Assembly (NCBI GenBank): GCA_034429935.1
Contig: DAOUFJ010000008.1
Coordinates: 13,218-77,217 of the forward strand
Origin: Dehalococcoidales bacterium
GTDB taxonomy: Bacteria; Chloroflexota; Dehalococcoidia; Dehalococcoidales; UBA5627
Direction of reading: 5' to 3'
DNA length: 64,000 nt
Shown here: in pieces, positions 57,331-64,000 of the stretch
Position numbering within the stretch: position 1 is the first letter of the stretch
How the letters are laid out: each line of letters starts with the position of its first letter
Made by a program: the position numbers and the translations under genes
Notes under the pieces: model-generated
The model's input: only the letters and a program-made list of their open reading frames with translations
Told to the model about the DNA's origin: nothing
Databases searched by the model: none

Positions 57331-57843
57331 TCAGATATTCTCACCCTGATAGGTTCCGTTGTAGCCGTCGGTCTCTCCCGAGAGTTGAAAGAAAACAAGC
57401 TGCACTATGCGCGAGTCTTTTTGCAGGTCGAATCCCCCGGGATTGTATACTACCAGCAAGGATTCCGAACGCCCCGAATAACCGGCGTCCCAGACGGCGG
57501 TATTGACGGTTACGCCGCAGCGCAGCAGGCTCGACCTGGGCGTTGCCAGCGCCATCACATTCTTCGGTAAATTGACGATTTCATTATATGTGATGCTGTA
57601 AATACCGTTTGTTATATGAATAAAACCGTCTTCCCCGAACGGCAGCCTGGATTGCGTCGATACCACTCTCTCTGTATTGCTGACTGCAATCCTGCCGCCT
57701 GATTGCAGGGAATAAATATCGCGCAGCGTAAAATCCACGCCGTTGGGCTGCAACTGTTCTTCCAGATTGAGGTAGCCCTCTAAGAGCGGCGGATTATTGT
57801 TCAATAATTTGCGGATATCATATTTAGATAGAACGTTGGACAT
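57331..57843 (-). CDS. dCTP deaminase / dUTPase superfamily protein (archaeal-type Dut/Dcd-like, 170 aa)
   Basis: Motifs LQPNGVDFTLRDIY, VWDAGYSGRSE and IVQLVFFQL are present. The length is closer to archaeal-type dUTPase than to bacterial Dcd. Confidence 0.75.
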   Translation of the reverse strand: MSNVLSKYDIRKLLNNNPPLLEGYLNLEEQLQPNGVDFTLRDIYSLQSGGRIAVSNTERVVSTQSRLPFGEDGFIHITNGIYSITYNEIVNLPKNVMALATPRSSLLRCGVTVNTAVWDAGYSGRSESLLVVYNPGGFDLQKDSRIVQLVFFQLSGETDGYNGTYQGENI

Positions 57844-57977
57844 ATTCTGCTCCTTTGCATAGATGAGCTACAGACAGGTATTGCTAATGTTATCTGTTAA
57901 CGGCGGTGTTGTCAAAGAGTATTATTATTGTGACAAAGTCTTTTTGAGAAGTTATACACAGGTAATAATCCGCATTC

Positions 57978-58838
57978 TTAATCCATGTAGCTTCTGTTTT
58001 CCCCTTCTACCTGCGAAGCCTTCTTTTCGAAGTAATAGTTGATGCAGTAAAAAGCCAGCACACAAAGGGCGATGCAGATTCCGGGCGGCAGGTACCAGTT
58101 AAGGGCTCCTTTTGAAAAGCCGCCGCATTTATAGGCGAAATTAATCATTCCGCCCCACGTTACCTGTGCAGGATTCCCCAGTCCGAGAAAGCTGAGAGTG
58201 GATTCCATCAGCATGAAGCTGCCGACTGCCATGATATACTTTGCCAGTACTATCTCTCTAAGATTAGGGAAAATATGCTTTACCATAATTTGCCGTTTCG
58301 GTATTCCGAGTATCATAAGCGATTCGACAAAGGGTGTTTGTTTTAACTGTTTGGTCTTGGCCCGGACTGCCCTTGCTGTGGCACACCATCCCAGCACCGC
58401 TATAATCAAAATAATATTATATGTCCCCGGTCCGAGGTATGCGGCTACTACAATGGCCATCGGCAGCATGGGGATGAGTAGAAAGACGTTGATGATACCA
58501 TCCAGTATTTCTGCTTTCCAGCCTGACAGATAACCCGCCATGATGCCCATAAGCGAACCGATTACCAGCGATACGAAGGCTGCCATGATTCCCACGACCA
58601 GGGTAGTGGATGTGGCATATACCAGTTCCGAAAAAATATCGTATCCCATGTCGTTTGTTCCCAGCAGGTGTGCGGATGAGACTCCCTGCCACGGCTCGAA
58701 CATTTCCTTCGGGTCATAGGGCGCAAAAAACGACGGGAAAAGGGAAAAAGCGGCGAATACCGACATGAGAGCGATGCCGATATAAAGCGGAATATACTCT
58801 TTTTTCATTAATCGTCTAATCGGCTTCATGGATTCCAT
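57978..58838 (-). CDS. Peptide/nickel ABC transporter permease (OppC/DppC/NikC-like)
   Basis: It has 6 TM segments and the EAA-like region ARAVRAKTKQLKQTPFVESLMILG. Confidence 0.9.
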   Translation of the reverse strand: MESMKPIRRLMKKEYIPLYIGIALMSVFAAFSLFPSFFAPYDPKEMFEPWQGVSSAHLLGTNDMGYDIFSELVYATSTTLVVGIMAAFVSLVIGSLMGIMAGYLSGWKAEILDGIINVFLLIPMLPMAIVVAAYLGPGTYNIILIIAVLGWCATARAVRAKTKQLKQTPFVESLMILGIPKRQIMVKHIFPNLREIVLAKYIMAVGSFMLMESTLSFLGLGNPAQVTWGGMINFAYKCGGFSKGALNWYLPPGICIALCVLAFYCINYYFEKKASQVEGENRSYMD

Positions 58839-59799
58839 ACCTTACTTTAGGGTCGATTGCCACACAGACGATGTCCGTGATGATGTTTGCTATAACGACT
58901 GCCAGCGCAGTTATAAAAAGACACCCCTGCAGCGTGGGGTAATCCCGTGCTGCAATAGCCTGGTAAATCAACATTCCCATACCGTTAACGGAGAATATGG
59001 TTTCGATAATCATCGACCCGGAGATGATGAACCCGACGTTCAATCCGACCAGTGTAATGAAGGGCTGTACGGTATTCCTTAATATGTGGACGAAGACGAT
59101 TCTTCTTTCCGAAAGCCCTCTGGCCCTGGCGTACATTACATACTTTTCATCGGTGGCGGCTGCCGTAATATTGCGCACCAGGAGGTACTTGGAGGGAGTC
59201 GAAGCAATCGTTAGTGTTATCACCGGTAAAATGAGATGCTTTATCCTGTCGAAGAAAGCCAGTATTGCCGATTCCGGAATCTTGATCGAGCTTAATCCGC
59301 CCAGCGGGAACCAGCCGAGGTGATAGGCAAATACGGTTACCATGACCATCGCCAGCAAAAAACTGGGGATGGCGTGAACTGCTATGGAGCTTGAAGTTAT
59401 GAAGGTATCAAGTTTGCTGTTTTTACGGTAGCCCGTTGTATAACCCAGCGCCAGGGCAAGCAACGATGACAGTATTATGGTTGGTATTGCAATTTGCAGC
59501 GTCGCCGGCACGCGTTCGGACATAATATTGGCTACGGTGTCTTTATACTGGTACGAGTAGCCGAGGTCGCCGCTGAAAAGGTCGGCGATGTAATCTTCGA
59601 ACTGCTCGATTAAAGGCCGGTCAAGTCCAAGCTTTTCCTTATAGTTTTCATATTGAGCTTGAGATATCGCTTCCTCGTCTATTCCCGTAAGCATTAAAAC
59701 AGGGTCGCCCGGCATCAGCCGGGGCAGCAGGAAGTTGAGTATGATTACTACAACCAGGCAAAGCACCGATGCCAGTATTTTTCGAGCGGTTTGTTTCAA
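58816..59799 (-). CDS. Peptide/nickel ABC transporter permease (OppB/DppB/NikB-like)
   Basis: The N-terminus LNFLLPRLMPGDPV is typical, and the EAA motif region is EKYVMYARARGLSERRIVFVHILRN. Confidence 0.9.
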   Translation of the reverse strand: MKQTARKILASVLCLVVVIILNFLLPRLMPGDPVLMLTGIDEEAISQAQYENYKEKLGLDRPLIEQFEDYIADLFSGDLGYSYQYKDTVANIMSERVPATLQIAIPTIILSSLLALALGYTTGYRKNSKLDTFITSSSIAVHAIPSFLLAMVMVTVFAYHLGWFPLGGLSSIKIPESAILAFFDRIKHLILPVITLTIASTPSKYLLVRNITAAATDEKYVMYARARGLSERRIVFVHILRNTVQPFITLVGLNVGFIISGSMIIETIFSVNGMGMLIYQAIAARDYPTLQGCLFITALAVVIANIITDIVCVAIDPKVRYGIHEAD

Positions 59800-59801
59800 G
59801 G

Positions 59802-60662
59802 TTATTTCTCGTTGGGGCGCCAGAAAACCAGCGCTATGTTCATTTGTGTTTCATCGTGCAGAACACCGTCAACAGCGTTTTCATTGATGTAGTCGGAAAT
59901 GATTTTGTCGGTTCGTTCCCCATGCAGGCCGAATGTCCTGTAGTAAATCCGGTAGGTTTTATAGGCCTCCTCCGCGGTCATTTGCGAATGCTGGCATTCC
60001 CTGTAGTATTTGATGCAGGGGAATCTGCCCATCGTATAGAGCATGTTGTAGATATAGATAACTTCGCTAGACAATCCTGGCAGAGGAGAATCCGTCAGCC
60101 TTTTTCTCAGGTTCGTGCGGCTCTTCGAGTGAGAACCGTGTGCGATGGTGACAAGGCAACAATACTCGTTTGTAACAGACTCCATATCGAGTATTTCCTG
60201 TTTATCGCAGATTGCCGGACACATCGATGAAAAAGAGACATCGTATTTTTTATCCGGAGGAAAGGTTTCCCACATACCGGGAAACGCTTCGACGTTATGC
60301 AGTCCCTGCTTTTCGCAGCGATTTTGCAGGATATTCAGCGCGTTTTCGCACATATCCAGGGCGGTAACCTTTTTGCAGTTAGCGGCAAAGGGCAGGGTAA
60401 ATGCGCCGGTTCCGGCACCGATGTCCAGCACGGTGGAAGCAGGTTTCAATACTTTCTCACGCATCAGGTATTCGGTTACGGCTATGGGGAATTTTTTCCC
60501 AAAGGTTTCCCTGACATCTCCGCTTTCCCCGGTTCCCTGCATGGCGATAAGGTGGTTGAAATATTCAGCCCAGCCTTTATTGCGCTCGATACGTTCTTCC
60601 CTGGTGCCCGCCCGGGATACGTTTTCCCAGGCTTCCTGACATTCTTTTTCGCTATACGCCAA
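59802..60662 (-). CDS. Class I SAM-dependent methyltransferase embedded in the ABC operon
   Basis: SAM motif I, VLDIGAGTGAFTL, is followed by the acidic residue in VTALDM. It lies 2 nt from the downstream permease start. Confidence 0.8.
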   Translation of the reverse strand: MAYSEKECQEAWENVSRAGTREERIERNKGWAEYFNHLIAMQGTGESGDVRETFGKKFPIAVTEYLMREKVLKPASTVLDIGAGTGAFTLPFAANCKKVTALDMCENALNILQNRCEKQGLHNVEAFPGMWETFPPDKKYDVSFSSMCPAICDKQEILDMESVTNEYCCLVTIAHGSHSKSRTNLRKRLTDSPLPGLSSEVIYIYNMLYTMGRFPCIKYYRECQHSQMTAEEAYKTYRIYYRTFGLHGERTDKIISDYINENAVDGVLHDETQMNIALVFWRPNEK

Positions 60663-60742
60663 TCGGGTACTCTCCTTTCCTTATTGTCGCGGCTTTTCCC
60701 CCGCTGCATCCGGATGCGACGGGGGAAAATTAAAATCAGCGG

Positions 60743-62353
60743 CTATTCGGTTTTCTCTTCGATTGTAAACCATGTGGACATATTCAAGATGCCGAATGTT
60801 CCGTCGATAACGAATCCCGACAATTTGCTGTTGTACGCCTGGATATAGCAATCCCAGTAGAGAGCTATCGCCGGCATATTTTCGGCATAATATTCCTGAC
60901 ATTCCTTTGCGGCTGCGTAGTATTCCTCCATGGTAACAGCCGAGCCCAGTTTATTCACTATGGCGGCATACTCTTCGTCGGTAATCTGCCCCTGTGCGCA
61001 GGAGCCGTCAGCGCTCATATAAATGGCGCCCATTCCTGCCCCGGAGCTCATTCCATAGGCTGTGAACTTGGATACCATAGCCTGATTGGTGTGTTCTTTT
61101 TCCGAAATTGCGCGGAATTCCGCTACATCGACGATTTTAAGGGTGATGGAAATGCCGACCTCGGCAAGGTTGGATTGCAGGAGTTCTCCGTATCTTTCAT
61201 ATATCGGCTTATCGCTGCGTATCAGCAGTTCGATTGTCAGCGGTTCCCCGTTGTATTCTACAATTCCGTCCTTATCGCTGTCGACGGCTCCTGCTTCTTC
61301 GAGGTATGCCCTGGCGGCATCCAGGTCGCGGGTGAGCACATCGGTTTCAATGTATCCGGCAGTCCCCTCGGGAATAAAACCGGCGCGTGAAGGAGTACTG
61401 TACTCGGAGCCGAACAACTCCCTGAACTTGTCATAATCTATTGCGGCGGCAATCGCCTTCCTGATCAATATGTTGTTGCACGGTTCCGTGTTGTTATTGA
61501 ACACAAATACGGCGGTGTTGCTGGCATCCTTTACGGTCGATATGGTTATATTGCCGTTATCCAGGAAATCCTCTGCGGCGGTAGTCCCGACGCCTCCCGC
61601 ATAATAGTAAACCATATCGATTTCCTCCGCCTTGAGAGCCAGGTTCATGGTGTCGGCATTCGAATACATCTTGAATAAGATGGTATCGACATTGGGAGTA
61701 CCGCCGATATAATCTGCATATGCGCTAAACTCGATAACCCCGGCATCTTTGTCGAAACGTACGAACTTGTATGGGCCGCAGCCGATGGTGGCCAGTTCTT
61801 CGGAGACGGTTGACATATCCGCAACTCCTTCGTAGATATGTTTCGGAATAATCCTCATGGCCGTCAGGCTGCTCAATGCGCGGGTATTGGCCTCTTTCAG
61901 TACCAACTGGATTTGACTGTCATTCAAAACAACGATATCCTCGTATTTTGCGAGGTACCCGCCGTCCTGTTCATCCAGGTATTCGATTGTAAATTTGATG
62001 TCGTCGGCGGTCACGGGCGTTCCGTCGTGCCATGTTAACCCGTCGATAATCGTGAAAGTCCAGGTTTTACTGTCTGCCGTTTCATAATTTGCCATCAGTG
62101 GATGATACTCGCCGTTCTCGTCGACACTGATGAGCGCCATTTGCGATAGGGTACCGCTCAAAACGTCGAAATAATAATCGCTTCTGCTGGCTTTCTCGAT
62201 TGCCATGGTAGTTCCGACGATGAGCGTACCGATTTTACTTTCTTCCGTACCGGTAGTCGTTTTCCCGTTTTCGGTGCAGCCTGCAAAGGTGCTTATCAGC
62301 AGTATTGCGCTCAGCACGAGCGGGATAATTTTACTGAGTTTCCCTTTGAACAT
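60743..62353 (-). CDS. ABC transporter substrate-binding lipoprotein, family 5 (peptide/nickel)
   Basis: A signal peptide plus lipobox (TFAGC) is followed by SBP_bac_5-like sequence, TWTFTIIDGLTWHDGTPVTADD. Confidence 0.9.
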   Translation of the reverse strand: MFKGKLSKIIPLVLSAILLISTFAGCTENGKTTTGTEESKIGTLIVGTTMAIEKASRSDYYFDVLSGTLSQMALISVDENGEYHPLMANYETADSKTWTFTIIDGLTWHDGTPVTADDIKFTIEYLDEQDGGYLAKYEDIVVLNDSQIQLVLKEANTRALSSLTAMRIIPKHIYEGVADMSTVSEELATIGCGPYKFVRFDKDAGVIEFSAYADYIGGTPNVDTILFKMYSNADTMNLALKAEEIDMVYYYAGGVGTTAAEDFLDNGNITISTVKDASNTAVFVFNNNTEPCNNILIRKAIAAAIDYDKFRELFGSEYSTPSRAGFIPEGTAGYIETDVLTRDLDAARAYLEEAGAVDSDKDGIVEYNGEPLTIELLIRSDKPIYERYGELLQSNLAEVGISITLKIVDVAEFRAISEKEHTNQAMVSKFTAYGMSSGAGMGAIYMSADGSCAQGQITDEEYAAIVNKLGSAVTMEEYYAAAKECQEYYAENMPAIALYWDCYIQAYNSKLSGFVIDGTFGILNMSTWFTIEEKTE

Positions 62354-62370
62354 AATCTCTCCTTGTTTGA

Positions 62371-63060
62371 TTAAATTTCCTGCATGATTCCCTGTGATAG
62401 ATGGTAAACACGATGTGAAAATACTTCGACCAGTGCCTTATCGTGCGATATCAACAGAATAGAAAGCTGCTTGCTTTTCAAAAGGTTCTGAAAGATGCCG
62501 ATGACCTGTGCCTGGGCGGAAACGTCCAGCATCGATGTCGATTCATCGGCTATCAGAAGCCCCGGTTTCAGGGCTAACGCTCTTGCGATAGCGATGCGTT
62601 GTGCCTGTCCGCCTGATATCTGTGAAGGGTAACGCCTTGCAATCTGCCTTTCCAGCCAGACCTGCTCGAGGAGACGGGCGACCTGTTCGGCCGCTTCCGT
62701 TTTATTTTGGGCAATTCTGTAAAAAAGAAGGGGTTCCGCAATTGCATCCCCCACTCTCTGTTTGGGGTCCAGTGCGGAGAAGGGTTGCTGCGGTATAAGC
62801 TGGATAAAGGAATGGAACTTGTTGTTGTAGTTGCGCTTTTTGTCGAATAGCTTTTCTCCATTGTATTCGATTTCGCCGTTATCCGGTTTGATGGTTCCGC
62901 AAAGTATGCGGGCTATCGTGGATTTTCCTTCGCCGCTTTTTCCCATGATGCTTACGGCTTCGTTCTCATTTATTTTGAAGCCGATGTTATCGAGTACTTT
63001 TTCAAGCCCTCTTGTATTCGGCTTTTTGAAGCTCTTGGAGATGTTTTTAACTTTAAGCAT
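62371..63060 (-). CDS. Peptide/nickel ABC transporter ATP-binding protein (OppF/NikE-like, short)
   Basis: Walker A GKSGEGKST, signature ISGGQAQR and Walker B LLIADESTSMLD are present. Confidence 0.92.
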   Translation of the reverse strand: MLKVKNISKSFKKPNTRGLEKVLDNIGFKINENEAVSIMGKSGEGKSTIARILCGTIKPDNGEIEYNGEKLFDKKRNYNNKFHSFIQLIPQQPFSALDPKQRVGDAIAEPLLFYRIAQNKTEAAEQVARLLEQVWLERQIARRYPSQISGGQAQRIAIARALALKPGLLIADESTSMLDVSAQAQVIGIFQNLLKSKQLSILLISHDKALVEVFSHRVYHLSQGIMQEI

Positions 63061-63982
63061 GTACGCATCTCCATGTTGTTCCGTTGTCTTCTATTACGGG
63101 TAAATTACCTTCCATGCAATCTTCTGTTCCTTCGGGGCAGCGGATAAAAAAAGGGCACCCTTTTTTCGATATCTCCCTTTCGGGGTCTGTAGCGGCATAG
63201 ACTTTGAAACCGTTTAACGGAAGGGCATCGATAAGGCTTCTGGTATAGGGATGATGGGGAGTATTTAAAATAGCATCCGCTTTGCCGTATTCCATCATTT
63301 CACCGGTATGCATTACCATGATGTTGCGGCAGGTTCCGGCTACAGAGATATTATGTGTTATGACTATGATGGCGGAATCGCGGAACATTTCTCCCAGTTG
63401 CCCGATAAAAAGAGAGGCGGTTTCATCGTCGATCCCTCTTGTCGGTTCATCGGCGATGACAAGCCTGGGTGAGAAGGCAAGCCCGATTGCCAGTACTACG
63501 CGCTGTGCCATTCCTCCTGAAAGCTGAAAAGGGTATTTCTCCAGGATTCCTTCGGGGTTGTCAAAGCCAACTCGGGCAAGCAGATTTTTCGCCCCGGTTT
63601 GTAATTCGCACTTTTCTTTTATCCCTGTCTTGCGCAGTGTTTCGTAGATTTGTTCCCTTATCTTAATTGCGGGATTGAGGAAATCCGCACCGCTTTGAGG
63701 TATGAGTACTATTTCCCTGCCTCTCAGCGTGTTAATTTGTTTTTCTTTCAAAGAAAGCAGATTCTTCCCGTCCAAAATTACGCTGCCTGTCGCGCGGCAA
63801 TTGAGAGGCAGCAACCCGAATATAGCCATTGCCGTCATAGTCTTTCCGCAGCCGCTTTCACCGACTATTGCAAGCTGTTCCCCGGGCGCTATCTCGAATG
63901 ATAATCCCTTGACTATCTGAGTATTTCCATCCTTGAATTCGGCATCGACGCACAATCTGTCGACGGTGAAAATCGGTTCCAA
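63053..63982 (-). CDS. Peptide/nickel ABC transporter ATP-binding protein (OppD/NikD-like) with a Cys-rich C-terminal domain
   Basis: Walker A GESGCGKTM, signature LSGGMAQR and Walker B LVIADEPTRGID are present. The C-terminus is CPFFIRCPEGTEDC...WRC. The start is a TTG. Confidence 0.92.
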   Translation of the reverse strand: MEPIFTVDRLCVDAEFKDGNTQIVKGLSFEIAPGEQLAIVGESGCGKTMTAMAIFGLLPLNCRATGSVILDGKNLLSLKEKQINTLRGREIVLIPQSGADFLNPAIKIREQIYETLRKTGIKEKCELQTGAKNLLARVGFDNPEGILEKYPFQLSGGMAQRVVLAIGLAFSPRLVIADEPTRGIDDETASLFIGQLGEMFRDSAIIVITHNISVAGTCRNIMVMHTGEMMEYGKADAILNTPHHPYTRSLIDALPLNGFKVYAATDPEREISKKGCPFFIRCPEGTEDCMEGNLPVIEDNGTTWRCVHA

Positions 63983-64000
63983 AATATTCCCCTGTAACTT

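Overview
This is a 64-kb chromosomal window with about 60 protein genes and 5 tRNAs; I found no rRNA, CRISPR array, cas genes or integrase. The housekeeping backbone is: ctc/rplY, groES-groEL with a CIRCE operator, tsaD, tilS, purH-purM-purF, dnaJ-hspR-clpC, pyrG, a transaldolase, rho, rsmA-ispE-plsY, cca, dCMP deaminase, and an Opp/Dpp/Nik-type ABC operon. This gene content and order, plus two giant Asp-box surface proteins with C-terminal membrane anchors, suggest a Chloroflexota/Dehalococcoidia-like organism. That assignment is inference only. The unusual parts are as follows. (1) At 38.8-48.9 kb there is a surface-protein locus holding two paralogous 1304-aa and 1022-aa S-layer-like genes. 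It is embedded in at least seven families of short palindromic or MITE-like repeats. The first gene is bracketed by ~93-nt inverted composite repeats, and a hicBA cassette is flanked by ~175-nt direct repeats. (2) A RayT-type (REP-associated, IS200-like HUH) transposase gene has one REP hairpin upstream and another inside its own coding sequence, and a REPIN-like doublet lies 25 kb away. (3) An orphan 333-aa protein is made of two tandem Rossmann-like repeats and carries a CARF-type signature. (4) An ~11-bp TTGTCAAGGGG-like unit recurs in helically phased tandem arrays in many intergenic regions. (5) purM has no canonical start codon upstream of its conserved N-terminus. There are also two toxin-antitoxin pairs, an arsM gene paired with a Cys-rich AbrB-type regulator, and a methyltransferase embedded in the peptide/nickel ABC operon. 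All functional calls come from reading the translated ORFs and recognising motifs. No database search was run.
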